A DNA stretch of 64,000 bases from the human T2T-CHM13v2.0 reference genome, Homo sapiens: the NCBI RefSeq assembly GCF_009914755.1, contig NC_060927.1, one strand, 5' to 3'. Under the pieces are notes generated by a model that did no database searches, was not told the DNA's origin, and saw nothing but the letters and a program-made list of their open reading frames with translations. The position numbers and the translations under genes were made by a program. Below, piece by piece: positions 1 through 18,431 of the stretch; within the stretch, counting starts at the first letter, position 1, and each line of letters begins with the position of its first letter.

Positions 1-1914
<1,914 letters not shown>

Positions 1915-3028
1915 CTACTACTTCATTTAACCATATATTGCAAATATTTTTCATCATTTATTAAAATGTTTCATAAAACATGATAGTTAATGTATGCTTA
2001 GTTGTATAACTCAGTGTTTTTATTTGGAAAAAATAGAAAAAATAAGATTTGGCTGTCTTATGTAGAAAAGGAAATCATTGCAACCCACATCACTGGGAAG
2101 ACTCTAAAATAAGAATTATGCCAAAAATCATATAAAAAGGGCATGACTGCTGTTGAATCTGAACAAGAATGCCATAGCTCTCACCACCAACAACGTGGCC
2201 CTGGATCCAGGCCTTACTGAAACATCAATGATACAACCACTTCCATATAAGCTCACTGGTACAAGTGCCACCAATTACCTGAATAGATTCTCCTTGGTTT
2301 TGAGTTCCTTGTATCAACAATATCTATTAAAAATTCTAATTCTAAGGTAGGTGCACTGGAATCTTAAAGCCTGGATCTCATGCTGAAGCCTCAGTTTTGA
2401 GGATGCCTGGATTTTATTTCAGCATTTATACTGGGTGGTAATGTCTGCCTCCCAACCATATTGACAAGGAGGAAAATCCCCCAAAACAGGGAAGAGGTTT
2501 GAATGCTGGGCAGCCACTATAATGTTCATTATAATAGTATTTCTCATGAAATGACCTTAACTTAACTATCCAATTCCTTAGTCTGAATATTTATGACACT
2601 TTCCATAATTTTTTTAAAAAAATAATTCTGTAATGACCACTTTGCCCAAAACCATTTGTATTTCAGATTGTTTTATTTCTATACACACAGAAATGGAATT
2701 ACTGAGTCAAATGATACAAATATATTTTAAAACTTTGATAGATATCCCTACATTACCCCAGGGAAAGTTTCCATTAATTTACACTCTCAACAGGGAGATA
2801 TAAAAGTGTCAGTTTTCCTACTAACTTGTCAACTCTGGCTATCCTCATTTTGTTAACCCTTTCCTAGTATCACTAGTTTTAAAATTAACAATTTATTGCT
2901 GTTTTACTTTGCATTTCCTTGATTATTAGTGAGGTTTTAATAATTTTCCATGTTTGCCATTTCCATGTGTCCTTTTGTAAATTGGCAATTTATGTCTTTG
3001 ACAAAGTTTAGTCATATTTTCTTTATTC

Positions 3029-3321
3029 TTTTTTTTTTTTTTTTTGAGATGAGTTTCACTCTTGTTGCCCAGGCTGGAGTGCAATGGTGCGATCTCGGCT
3101 CACCGCAACCTCCGCCACCCGGGTTCAAGTGATTCTCAGCCTCCCGAGTAGCTGGAATTACAGACATGTGCCACCACCTCTGGCAAATTTTGTATTTTTA
3201 ATAGAGACATGGGGTTTCTCCATGTTGGTCAAGCTGGTCTTGAAATCCCGACCTCTGGTGATCTGCCCATCTTGGCCTCTCAAAGTGCTGGGATTACAGG
3301 TATGAGTCACTGCACCCAGCC
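3029..3321 (-). mobile_element. AluS (Sp/Sq-like)
   Basis: Full dimer with gagtttcactcttgttgccc and gtgcaatgg diagnostics. Confidence 0.88.
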
Positions 3322-3322
3322 A

Positions 3323-3619
<297 letters not shown>

Positions 3620-3729
3620 TTTTTTCATTTCTTAAAAATTGTCTTCATTAATCTGTTGTAATCTATTCATATGCCAATGGCATTAAAGCTTTATCTGCTT
3701 TTTTATTTTGTTTTTAAATCACTTTATCG

Positions 3730-4024
3730 TTTTTTTTTTTTTTTAGATGGAGTCTCGCTCTGTCACCCAGGCTGGAGTGCAGTGGCACAATCTCGGCTCA
3801 CTGCAACCTCCGCTTTCTGGGTTCAAGTGATCTCCTGCCTCAGCTTCCCAAGTAGCTGGGACTACAGGCCCACGCCACCACACCCGGCTAATTTTTGTAT
3901 TTTTAGTAGAGATGGGGTTTCACCATGTTGGCCAGGCTGGTCTCGAACTCCTGACCTCAGGTGATCCGCTCACCTCAGCCTCCCAAAGTGTTGGGATTAC
4001 AAGTGTGAGCCACCGTGTCCAGCC
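3730..4024 (-). mobile_element. AluS (Sx-like)
   Basis: Poly-T plus full dimer; gacctcaggtgatcc. Confidence 0.88.
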
Positions 4025-4433
4025 TCTAGAGTCTTTTAATTTTATATATTTACATATGTTTAGCCAAATTTGTTTTCTATACCTTTCATTTACTTTTATG
4101 CTAAGACAGCCTTCCACACTCCATTGGAGAGACATTTATTGATAATTCTTTCTAGTCTTTTTCTTTACTTTTTACTTTTAAATCTTTAAGAGATCTGGTG
4201 TTAATTTTCATACATGGCTGTTTAGTAAAAATACAATTTTTTAAAAAATTAATTCATTCAAAACCATTTGTTGAATAATGACACTTTCTCCGTTATGTTA
4301 AACCTGCATCATATGTGACATGACCATATGTGGTAGACTTTTGAGCCTTTCATTTAGATCCACTGACTTGATGGTTTTTAAATATGTTTTGCAGATGTAG
4401 TTTTCTAGCTGTAGAAGTCTTTCTTCCCAATAA

Positions 4434-4740
<307 letters not shown>

Positions 4741-5192
4741 AATAATTATTTTTTAAAGTTGGTTATTTATGCCTGTCCATTCTTCATAATTAATTTGATA
4801 AATTTGGTGTAATTTCAGTTTCAAAAGCTCCAAAGTAATTTTTAGATACATAAAAAATTCAATTTACCTTGGGGATCATTATATTTTCATTTTAAACATC
4901 TTTACATCTTTAATGATATTTGTGTTGCCATTCAAGAATTATTTCGTTCTATTGTAAAACAACAGCAAAAAATACCCAAACAAGCAAACAAACAAAAAAG
5001 CCAGTTCTTTCATCCTTTCAATTTTTGCATTTATGTTCTCTCCATTGTTTATTTAATTTATTCTTAAATGTTCTTATATTTTTGCAGCTTTGTGAATGAC
5101 CATTTTTAGTATATTTTATGTGTTTGTTATAACTATATATAGAAACTATTGATTTAATATATTTCTTCAGATAAATGCACAAGTTACCAAAC

Positions 5193-5300
5193 TATTGTTA
5201 GTATTCTTAATATACTGTATATTAATACAAATTAATATATTTGTTAGTATTGTTAATATATTTGTATTGTTAAATATTGTTAATATATTTGCTTATTAAT
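5193..5300. repeat. AT-rich degenerate minisatellite (tattgttaatata-like units)
   Basis: Repeated tattgtta/ttaatatattt motifs. Confidence 0.55.
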
Positions 5301-5789
5301 TTATAAGTGTTTTTCTAGTTAATCATATTAGCTGGAAATATTGATAAATTTATTTCCTCCTTTCCCATATTTAAACCATTGTATTTTATTATCTTGTTTC
5401 ATTGCATTGACTATAGCCCCTAAACTAATGTTACGTAATAATAATGATTGTTGGTATGCTTGCATTAGTCCTGACTTTAATTACCCATCTTTTTCATGTT
5501 AAGAAATAAATCATCTATACTTAGCTCACTAAATTCCAGAGTATTTTAAATACATCAAGAATAGAAGTTAAACTATATCCTATGTATTTTGTTCCTCATG
5601 GGATTATCTCATGATTTTTGTCTGTTGACTTTGTAATGAAGTATATTTTATTCATACATTTCTTTATAATGGATTATGCTTGAAAAAACCTGCTTAATTA
5701 TGCTGTATTTAATATTTAATATAATTTTTTACTTTATTCACAGGTTTTAATCTTAATATCTGCCTTAAGTATTATTGCCTTCAGTATTA

Positions 5790-7370
<1,581 letters not shown>

Positions 7371-7560
7371 AATGTAGCCAAGGTCCCAACTTTCCCAGAT
7401 GTTTTTCCCTTCAGCTGCTCTCTTGGGTGGGCCTGGCCCTTCGGAGATGCCTCCTCACTCAGAATCCTTTCTTCTTCAGGCCTTGGTACAGATTGGGCTG
7501 CTCTTCCACAACACTTCAGCCTGTCTAATAGCTTTTTAACTAATAAGAATGAAAGAAGCT

Positions 7561-7834
7561 GGCTAAGTGCGGTGGCTTACGCCTGTAATCCCAGCACAAT
7601 GGGAGGCCGAGGCAGGCAGATCACGAGGTCAGTAGTTGGTCACTGGCAAACATAGTGAAACCCCTGTCTCTACTAAAAATACGAAAATTAGCTGGGCATG
7701 GTGGCGCACGCCTGTAGTCCCAGCTACTCGGGAGGCTGAGGCAGGAGAATCACTGGAACCCTGGAGAATCAGGCCACTGCGCTCCAGCCTGGGCAGCAGA
7801 GTGAGACTCTGTCTCAAAAAAAAAAAAAAAAAAA
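7561..7834 (+). mobile_element. AluS with a small right-arm deletion
   Basis: Alu dimer plus poly-A, flanked by TSD AAGAATGAAAGAAGC. Confidence 0.9.
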
Positions 7835-9368
7835 AAGAATGAAAGAAGCCTTATTGTATTTTGTATACTTAAATTGTTTTTCACTCAGGCAGACCTAGGA
7901 CTGGAAACATTATAAAGACAACCCATGTCATACAGAAGAGTTTTGTCAAAAAAAAAGTTGCCTATTTGTAGCAAACTGAAAACAATAGAAATAACTATAT
8001 ATTAAATATATATATGCCATCTTTCTTGACTTTTTAAATACATAAATTCAAAAAATTGCCTTTAATATTTTTAAGAGTACATTTTTAAGGTAATGTGTAG
8101 AAAACACAAATGCTACAGTTAATGATAATTTATAGTGGCTTATGGTACTATTTAAACATATTTGAAAGGGTAGATATCCTTATTTTAATACCTAAGATTA
8201 AATATCTGTGTAACAACCAGATCATGTGTGAATAGCCACATATGATATTGCGTAAATCCAAGTAAAAATAACTTGCCATAGACCGGATGTAGTTACAATA
8301 TTTAGCAGAGGCAGATACAATAAGAAATAAATCTCTACCTCCACATCTTCCTAATAACTCTCAAAATTCTCCCCATAAGGCATTAAAATCTTCATAGATT
8401 CAATGATTCAAGATTTAAGTATAGGTGAATATTAGTTAATCTCTGTCTTCAAGTAACTTTCTTTTTCTTTCATGAAGTCTATATTTTCATACTGAGCCAA
8501 CTCTTGTGCCACTATTGGTACTAAGATAACTTTTTCTCTTTTCCCTTATTTTCTCTCCTTTGAAGAAGGAAGGACAAAAGCAGTTTAGATTAGAAAGTAT
8601 GTGGATGTATATAGGTTATATAATTTAATAACTAAAAGATGGACTACAGGTATATAAAAAGGGTTTGGAGATAGTAATTAATTATGCTTGGATGGGATTG
8701 GTTTAGATAAAACTTGAAATCCTTTCTACAGGGAAGAATATCAGGTTAAAACTGCATGAGGCAATATTGCTAACCATCTTAACTAAAAAGTTTCAGTTCT
8801 TCCCTTTCATTAGCTGTCTGGTTGCTGATGTGAATAGTGAAGTCTTTCAAGTCTGAACCTGACCTATTAACAGCCAATCAAGAGGCTATTGTCTGAAAAA
8901 TTAAGCTGAAGAGTAGAAAAATTAGTAGACTTCAGCATATAAAATTCAAATGAGAAAATTCCAGTTAATCACTAAGATTCTCAATAATCAACAAAATTCA
9001 CACTAAGAACAAATCTAAGACTTCCAATTCTTATTTTATTAGAATGCCTTAAAATTTAAAAAGGAGCTATAGGCTAAACTTTTGAATAAAATTTTATAGG
9101 CAATGTATAATTGTTGAAAGAATAATCAATGCAACATGAGTTTATTAAGAAAGGGAAGGAAGAAGGATGGGAGTGAAGGAAGAAAGAAGAAAGTAACAGA
9201 AGGAAAGGAGAGCGATTCTGAGAGAAAAATGAGATACCGTCTTGGAGTTCTGGGTAACAGATTTTGGTCAGCATTTGGAATGGTTAACAGAATTGCAAAA
9301 CTTGCTTCTAAAAATTTAAATCCTAGAAACAATAAGCTCTAGACTAATCACTAAAAATGTAAATTGGG

Positions 9369-9719
<351 letters not shown>

Positions 9720-10758
9720 TTAAGCCATTTTAGATTTATATATATTCTAGGATTAATGAGATATAGGAAATGAGGCTTTTTAAATGTGGAGATTTTAAAA
9801 ACACACACCAAACATGTTGGTCTTATAAGGAGTCCCACTCTCATATTTTTTCACAATTATATTATTTTATATAACATAATTATGCAATCCTGGCAACTAA
9901 TGGATAAAGTCCGACAAGCCATGTGTGTGATTTGAATCACAGTGCTGAGAAAAATGTATGGGATTCTATTTAGTACGATAGTGAAATTTAAATCTTTATT
10001 TAGAAATACATTTTAAAACTTCAAAATGTTAAAAAAAATTATCTCCAATTTTAGTATTTGCAGATTAGGCCATTTTGAAAACAACATTAGCCAAATAAGA
10101 ATAGCATAAAAATGGGAGCAAAAGATTCAACATAAAAATGACCACTCTATTATTGGTACCAACTTAACAATTAGGCAGTACGTAAATTGAAAATATGATA
10201 AAAGATGCGTTGTAAAATATGGTGAATGGGATATTTAAAAATAAGATTCTCGTTTTAAAAATGTTGTCATGTGAGGATTTCCTTTGTATTCATACACACA
10301 TGAAGGTTTTTAATGTAACATTTAAAACAAATACCCTAGTTTTTGGAGCCAGTATTCCCAGGGCTCAAGCACATGAGATTAATCTATGTTTTTGATGAGT
10401 CTACAGATATTTTATATGATTTACTATTATAAGGCTCTAGTACCTGCTCTGTAGAGTTTTATATATAATTTGATTCAATGTCATACAAGAAAACGAACAA
10501 GCAGGGAGAGTAAATCCCTCTCTGATTGCTTAGATCCTTAGAGTAGTAGCTCTTGATTTTTGTGTGTGTGCATCTGAATCACCTGCAGAGCACAATGATT
10601 CAGAAGTTTAGTTCCCATTTTTATAAATTCTGATTCCATTGTTCTGGATGTGGTTCTCTGGAATCTGCATTTTGACAAGCATAGTAAGCCAAAATGTTGA
10701 CTTTGCTTCAGCCTATACAAGAATCACATCTAGAAATGCTAGTTTAAGAAGCTCTCTA

Positions 10759-11219
10759 TGGTAGAATTCTGCAAATGTTCGTTGCGGCACTGTTCAGAAT
10801 AGCAAAAACATGGAATCAACCTAAGTGCCTATCAATGACAGACTGGATAAAGAAAATGTGGTATATATACACCATGAAATATTATGCAGCCATAAAAAAG
10901 AACAAGATCATGTCTTTTGCAGGAACGTAGGTGGGGCTGTAGGCTATCATCCCTAGTAAACTAATGCAGGAACAGAAAACCAAATACCACAGGTTCTCAC
11001 TTATAAGTGGGAGATAAATGATAAGAACTTATGAACACAAAGAAGGAAACAACAGACACTGGGGTTTATTTGAGGGTGGAGGGTGGGAGGAGAGAGAGGA
11101 TAAGCAAAGATAACTACTGGGTACTAAGCTTAATACCTGAGTGATGTAACCCTATGTACAACAAACCCCTCTGACGTGTTTAGCTATGTACCTCCAAACC
11201 TAAAATAATTTTTTTAAAA
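10759..11219 (+). mobile_element. Short 5'-truncated L1 (older L1PA/PB-type 3' end)
   Basis: gactggataaagaaaatgtgg and ttctcacttataagtggg motifs; TSD AAGAAGCTCTCTA at 10746-10758 and 11220-11232. Confidence 0.88.
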
Positions 11220-13141
11220 AAGAAGCTCTCTAGAATCCTAAGGAAGTAAAGCTGAAGACTAGATGTTAAGGAAAAGGACAGCTGAAAAAAATGGGCTAGA
11301 GGGACCCAAAATAAAAACGGAAGGAGCCTACTGCAAAGATAATAGGCAACGAGTGAAAGCGTCTGTTAGATTCTGGGTAGCACCTTAGGACAGGAGTGAG
11401 TTTTATGGAAATACTGGAGCACCAGCAACATCATGGTATTTGTCATCATCATCAACAGCATTGTTATCAACATCATCATCAACCTACTGGGTGAGAAAAC
11501 ATGATCTCCAGACACTGGACTAGAGGTTTACATAGATCATCTAATCCTTACAATAAATTTAGGAGGACTTAAAATATTAGTTTTATGTATATTTTTCATA
11601 TGACAAAACTGAGCCTTAGAGAAATTAAGTGGTTTACCCCCAAAGTGTATTTAAACAGCAAGAATGAAAACAGATTTGAATCAAGCAATGCAACTCTGCA
11701 GAGCCCACCTTCTAAACTGCTATTCTTTGGTGATATCTCATAGCACCTTTGAGCTCAGGTTGGCCTCACCATTGTGTAAGGAAAAGGAATACAGTATTTA
11801 CATAATGATTAGTTGAACTGAATTTGCAGAAACCATGGCGGATGATCATGGCAGGACATAAAAAATCAAAAGTGTCTTAGAGTCTAAAGAAAGGTGCTGT
11901 GAGGTTAGGAAAAAGGGAGATGTCAGCCATTCCTAGAGTTAGTATCTTTGATGTGGTGAAAACAATAGAGAGCTGAAGAATGGAATAGAAATAAATGGGA
12001 ACAGTGTGAATGGATGGAACCTCTGAGGGGCACAAGGCTGAATGCCCCAAGGGGAAGTGATTCAGCCATCTGGTGCTTGAGATCAAATTATCTAATATGT
12101 ACGTAATTGTCCAAAAATTCCCCTTGGCGACTCAGGCTCAAGGAGGATACCATGCTTTCTTTATCCCCCTTGTAAGTACAAGCTTTGTTGTTGATTTTTT
12201 TCTGTCAAAACAAATACAATAGTATCCTGAATCAGACAAACATGGGTTTGAAACCCTGTCCTAAGCCTACAGAAAGCCTTTGGCAGACTCCTTCCTGTCT
12301 CTGAACTTCAAGCTTTTGCATATATATAAAATAAAGTGAGAAACATCTACCTAAAAGTAATATTATTAGAATTAAATGAGATAGTAGATAAACAGGACTT
12401 GGCACTTCTCCATCCCTTAAGTTAAATTTAATTTCATTTGCACTGCCATGTCAGGAAGGTACATGCAGTATCTAACATAATTTTAGTTCTAACCCTTGTG
12501 AGATGGTCATGTTTGTAGCTTAAGAGTACAAAGGTAAATAAGAAAAAAAAAAGAGGAACATTGGGCATTTGGTGCTAAGAGCTCAGACTTAAATATAAAT
12601 TCTTAACTATGAATCCTTAAATTAGTCTTTAAAATCATGGCAAAAAAAAAAAAAAAACCAAAAAAAACCAAAAAACTCCATTCCAGTGGAAAGTGCTTTA
12701 GATTTACAGATCTGCTTGGCACTCAACTATTCCCTGAACTGTCTTGTGACTTTGAGCAAGTAACCTAAATTTAATGAACTTCTATTTGCTCATCTAGAAA
12801 CCAAGGGATATAGTGCTCAGATTGTCAAATTTATTCAGTATAGGATAATACACAATTTCTAGTTACGGTCTCTAGTGGCTTTTTAGTGACATCAAAGTCC
12901 ATAAAGCTACTAAAATTGTGTAGAAATATCACAATATAATCAATCAGTTTTTTTCAAGCATAACCCATTATAAAGAAATATATGAATAAACAATCTTACA
13001 TCAGAAATCAAAGAAGAAAAATCACGAGATAATCTGAATAACTGGTCAGTAGGTAAAATCTGTTCTAAGTGATCCTAAGTAAACTAGTTATCTCTCCTCC
13101 TTCTGCCATTGAATTTAGTAGAATTTTTTCTTATGTTTTGA

Positions 13142-13165
13142 TGTGTGTGTGTGTGTGTGTTTGTG
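13142..13165. repeat. (TG)n microsatellite
   Basis: tgtgtgtgtgtgtgtgtgtttgtg. Confidence 0.8.
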
Positions 13166-14509
13166 AATAAATGTGTGCTTGTATTTGTTTTGAGGGAGTT
13201 GGTAAATTAACCCATTGGCATATTTACATATTTCTAGTTATGTTTACAAATTTAAATAGGTTGCCTAAGATCCATACCCTGGTGTCTTTCTTGTAATGGA
13301 GCTTAAGTACGCTCTACTAAGCTACAAGAAAAACATCCTATGCTTTGACTGTGATTGGAACTTTGCAAGCTAGTAGACATGCCTTTACAAGCAATAAAAT
13401 GAAGCTGTCAGCCATTGCAAATGGACCAAAATAGAGGCCACACGACTAAAGCACCCCTGCACCAGGCAGTCTCTGATGTATTTTATTCCAGTTTCAATCT
13501 ATTAATCAGAGGAGTTGGGAGAGCAATAATTTAAACACTACAATAATCAATTCCATAACACATTAATAGAAGCTACAGTTAAACTTTTCCACACCACTGA
13601 CTGCATTGGAACCTTGACAGGAGCCCTAGGGCCATGCCTAATTTGCATTAAATTTACATAGAATTATAAATCAAGAATACATGAACACAGCCCTAATGTT
13701 TGTTAGTGCTTAGATCTTTCCTGATAGATACATTGAAACTGCTGGTGGTTGGGCTTCACTTGCAATAAAATTGTGCAGCTGATCAGCTTTGTTCTCATTC
13801 TGCAATTATGGCGAAAGAAACCCAATTGAGCAACAGTTTGGGGGTATGTGAGTGCCATTTAAGGTTTTTATCCTGTAAAACGATGACTCAGATGTGCCCT
13901 TAGATCCCCCAATCTAGAAGCAAATTGTCCCCAATTACTTTGCAGATCTTTGTCACTGGATTTCATCACCAGTAACTTGTCATTAAGTAGAGATACAAAC
14001 TACATAGAAACCTGAACAGCTGAAAAAATAAAAAGTCCTCTGGAAAATTTTATTTTTTCAGAAGAACTTTGCTATCACAAAAAAGATAATTAGTGCTAAT
14101 CTTCAGGGTGAGGACAGATAAACCCAAACTTTCTTAAACTCAGCAAAGCATCTGGTACCTAACAGGGTGGAAAAGTGTACTTCATATGGCCCTAGGCATT
14201 CTGTGTGTTCTGGTATCCCTGATTTACATTGTTCCAACAGCTGTGGCTTTTGCCGTGTGTTTTCACACTCAGGGCTAGGTGAAAACATTCTCACCAATGT
14301 TACTGGCTCTCAGTAACAGGAGTACACTCTCTATATTGTTTTGGGTCCTCTCATTTTAAGTGTCTTTTTAGACAGAAAATCGATACTTAAGTCCAATAAT
14401 ATCTTTGGGAATATTTCTTTTCAGGAAGGATTCTGCAAATATTTTGTACATTATTATTCTGCAACTCCCACCTCTTTCTTACCACCCTTCTATCCCACAC
14501 TTTCCTTAC

Positions 14510-14742
14510 CTTGTACGATCAAGTAAACTTGGGAGGTCTTGGGCTCATGCTGTGTCTGAACTGAGCAAGTGTAGGAACCCTCATCATAGACATCCACCTT
14601 CTGGATTCGGAGGCTGTATTCCAGAGAATGGCGTTTCTCCAGCTCAACCCGTGGGTCCAGAGACCACTTGTCATGTCCAGCAAAAATGATGCCAGAACGG
14701 TTCAACCAGGCCACCTTTGAGTTCTTGTCTTCTACAACGCAC
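14510..14742 (-). CDS. LSAMP: Internal coding exon (exon 2 in the usual numbering) of limbic system-associated membrane protein; first Ig-like domain
   Basis: Translates as (R)[77 protein letters not shown], which I recognise as human LSAMP Ig1 (C...W...D-x-G-x-Y-x-C motif, N-R-S sequon). Minus-strand acceptor tctgtcag|G at 14743/14742 and donor CAAG|gtaagg at 14510/14509; 233 nt, phase 2 to phase 1. Confidence 0.97.
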
Positions 14743-14770
14743 CTGACAGAGCAGAGTAACAATATTAGTG
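14743..14770 (-). promoter_or_regulatory. 3' splice site of the LSAMP exon: branch point, pyrimidine tract and AG
   Basis: Minus strand reads CACTAAT-attgttactctgctctgtc-AG; putative branch A at 14765, 23 nt upstream of the exon. Confidence 0.7.
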
Positions 14771-16081
14771 CCTTAACAACAACTATTTCTGCGTTTCTTC
14801 TCTAGGTGATCAGACTCAACAAGTCTAAACAAGGAAAATAATTATATGCAGAATGAATTATTGCCATGCCATTCTTGGAGTCCTTAGAATTTTCACTATT
14901 TCATTTAAGATCTAATTACCATCCAGTGGATGGATGTCATTATATTAGACTCAGTTCAGCAATAAACAATCTGAGTATGAGTAATGAAGGCAAAGTTAAA
15001 TTAGTATTGACTTCCCATTATCTTCTTCTTGTTTAGGAAAAGGCCACTCACTCAGAACTCCGTCTGTTTAAGTAATTTTGAGAATTATACAATTGATATC
15101 ATAGCACTTTTACTCCATCTTGAACTGTGTTTACTCTTTTATAAGTATTTCCTATAGTATTGTGTAATGATAGATTAAAGTTATACTCCACCATTATAGG
15201 AATTAGACTAGACTTCTGAGTTTACTTCTAATCTTTACAAGTTTGGGATGCCACTTCCAGGAGTAAAAATTGTGTGAGCAGATCCAAGCATAAGGGGATA
15301 GGTGTTATGACAAGGAAATCAAAGCAAACATCATCTGGCATAAGTTTGGTTCCAGCTGCTGAAGGCAGAAGCTTGTTTGGTGGCAAGTTAGGTTGCTACC
15401 AGCATTTCTAGTCACACTAAATGCAGGCAATCTTTAACAAAGATGAAGAAGCCAATTTTGTAGTTTATAGACCAATAGATCAAAAAGGGTAAAGGAATAA
15501 CGCTTAATTGAATTACTGCTTTAAAAAACTTAAAAGGGTCTCTTTCTGAAATTTGAAAGGGGCAAAGAACATGCATTAGTGAAGGAGGGGTAAATACTTT
15601 TTGGTGAGTATGGTTTTCTCCTTCAGTTCCAGCAAGAGTCTTGCAATGGAAAAATCTAGCAGAAAACAAAAACAAAAAAACCTTCTGTCTGCATCCCTGT
15701 GGCAAGATTTATGTCTGCCCCATAGGGAGATGTCCCAAACCCTGTTCACAGCTGCAAAGCCAGCTGCTCAACACTCTGGAGCAGGAGGGAATGAACAGAA
15801 AGAGCCACGAGCACCACAGCAGGACTATTAAGACACCCTGTTCCCCTGTATTTTCTAAGCCAAGTAAAATCCAGTTTTTATCTCAGGTCAAAACAACTAA
15901 ACATAGACAGAAAATTGATGCATAACCCATAGGCTGTCCCACATGGAATATAAAGGCCAACTGTGTCTCTTACAAGAAAGATAACAGCTAAGTCTTTTTA
16001 AATACTCCATTTATGGTATAATACAAAGACCTCCTTATCCTATTAATTTTAAACGAATTGTATATGTTATTTAGAGGGAGA

Positions 16082-16364
16082 TTTTTTTTTTTTTTTTTGA
16101 GACAGATCTTGTTCGGTCACCAAGACTGGGGAGCAGTGGCCTGATCATAGCTCACTGCAGCCTCAAACTACTGAGCTCAAGCAATCCTCCTGCCTCAGCC
16201 TCCTAAGTAGCTAGGATGATAGGTGCATGCCACCAGGACTAGCTAATTTAAAAAAAAAATTAGAGATGGGGTCTTGCTGTGTTGTCCAGGCTAGCCTCAA
16301 GTGATCTTCCCAACTTGGCCTCCCTAAGCACTGGGATTATAGTCATGAGCCACCATGCCTGACC
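16082..16364 (-). mobile_element. AluJ
   Basis: Diverged dimer with gatcatagctcactgcagcctc. Confidence 0.85.
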
Positions 16365-17484
16365 CTAGAGTAAGAATTTGACTTAATAAGTTGGGTGCCA
16401 AGATACACAGGTCTTACTTTTCTTCTTTACCTATTTGTTTTCATAAACATAACTAGATTTAGGTATCATTTAACATCTCCATTTCCCAGTATGTGCTTCT
16501 CTGCCATGCATATATTATTGAGTATAATTTATGTGTTTAATAATTTAGAGGCCTTTTATCATGAGCACCAAGCTAACTTCATGAATGCTTGCTGCCTCAT
16601 TCCAGACTCAGTTTTACTTTTGCTGTTCTCCTCTCTTGTGGCATCATTTCTCTGTTCTTGGTGATGTTTGCCGCATCTCTGAATTTAAAATCATTGATGA
16701 ATTAATTAATAGGATGTTTGGTGTCTTACTCTAGACCATTATGAAATTGTTGAATGTAGATTTACCATGCTTTTTCTATTCTAGTAAGAAGGATAGAAAT
16801 TTACCTGTGTAAATGTGTTTTAAATCTTCTATCATTTTTCCCTGTGCATGTTTCTCACCTGCACAGCGTAACACAAGAATGGTCAGATTTGCTACATTAT
16901 AGATGTATTCTGAATGCCTCTTAGCACCAAATATGGCTCCAATCTCTTCACTTTAAAAGAAAAAATACCACGTAATATAGCTTACCTAAATATGGCCTGT
17001 GAATCCAATAAAAACAGCAAATTTTTACCTTATTCATTTGGATACCACCAATAACTAATCTAGGATAAAACAGGCATTTGATAAATGCCTGTCCTGTGAA
17101 CTAACTGGGTCACACATGCAGATACAGGACATTTGGTAACCTATATTCCACGTCCCCATCCCAAGTCCTATAGCACCCACAAATAAATTGGACAGATTTC
17201 CTTAACAATATAAGGTAAAGTTTATAAGTCGGGTCTTTATGGTCCTTTGACATTTTAGCAATTTTCATTCATGGAAAAGTTAAAGTCATACGGATCATTA
17301 TTCCAAATTATTCTTTGAGGGTGTTCAGCTCTATCTTACCTAAAGAAGTAATTGACCATTTCAGCAAAATTGCCAGATGCATAAAAGTGCATCTAATGAA
17401 ACAATGTATTATGTGGAAATTTTGTTATGACAATTTACATAGCACCTTGTTTTTGATCTGGGTTTTATCCGTATTTATTTTTAA

Positions 17485-17842
<358 letters not shown>

Positions 17843-17921
17843 TAGAATACACATACTTTTTCCTAACTCAGATGGTTAGCCAAACTCCAAGCACCAGAAC
17901 ACAATACAGTATAGTGCTTTT

Positions 17922-18020
17922 AAAAAGGAAACCATTTCAAGGAGAAATTTGTTTAAAATAAATATATCTCAATGGAAAAAAAATAAATAAATAAAAATAA
18001 AATAAAAAGGAAACCACTTC
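17922..18020 (+). mobile_element. Tiny TSD-flanked retrotransposed insert (orphan transduction or 3'-end retrocopy)
   Basis: 17-bp direct repeat AAAAAGGAAACCA(T/C)TTC at 17922-17938 and 18004-18020; AATAAA at 17957-17962; A-rich tail 17976-18003; TTTT/AAAAA nick site. Confidence 0.65.
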
Positions 18021-18251
18021 TCCAGATCTTTCAGGGTTCCTTTTTATGTACTCAGTAGTTGCAAAATAAATCTATTAGCTCTATAAACTGGAAAATAATC
18101 CTTCTACAATGTGACTAAAACTTTCTTAATAAAAAATGAGTAAAGGAATAATGCAATTTCAGAACTAAATATTTTCTTAATTTTAGAATCTTAATTTAAG
18201 GTGGCACCTATTTTTTTTAATCATAAAAAGTACACATGAAAAAAAATGGTA

Positions 18252-18431
18252 GGACCAGGCACGGTGGCGCATGCCTGTAATCCCAGCTCTTTGGGAGGCT
18301 GGAGGCAGGAAAATCACTTGAACTCAGGAGTTCAAGGCTACAGTGAGCTATGATCACATCACTGCACTCCAGCCTGGCCAGAGTGAGACCTTGTCTAAAA
18401 AAAAAAAAAAAGAAAGAGAAAGAAAAGAAAA
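18252..18431 (+). mobile_element. Alu monomer (FRAM-like)
   Basis: Single right-arm-like monomer, ggagttcaaggctacagtgagctatgatc, with an A-rich tail. Confidence 0.8.

Noticed and set aside
14490-14762. The ORF-track ORF treated as a standalone 90-aa gene
   Set aside because: The MLLCSV and GKESVG ends are intronic read-through; the real exon is 14510-14742.
17070-17092. Hairpin ACAGGCATTT-GAT-AAATGCCTGT
   Set aside because: A 10-bp stem is about what chance predicts in 64 kb of AT-rich sequence.
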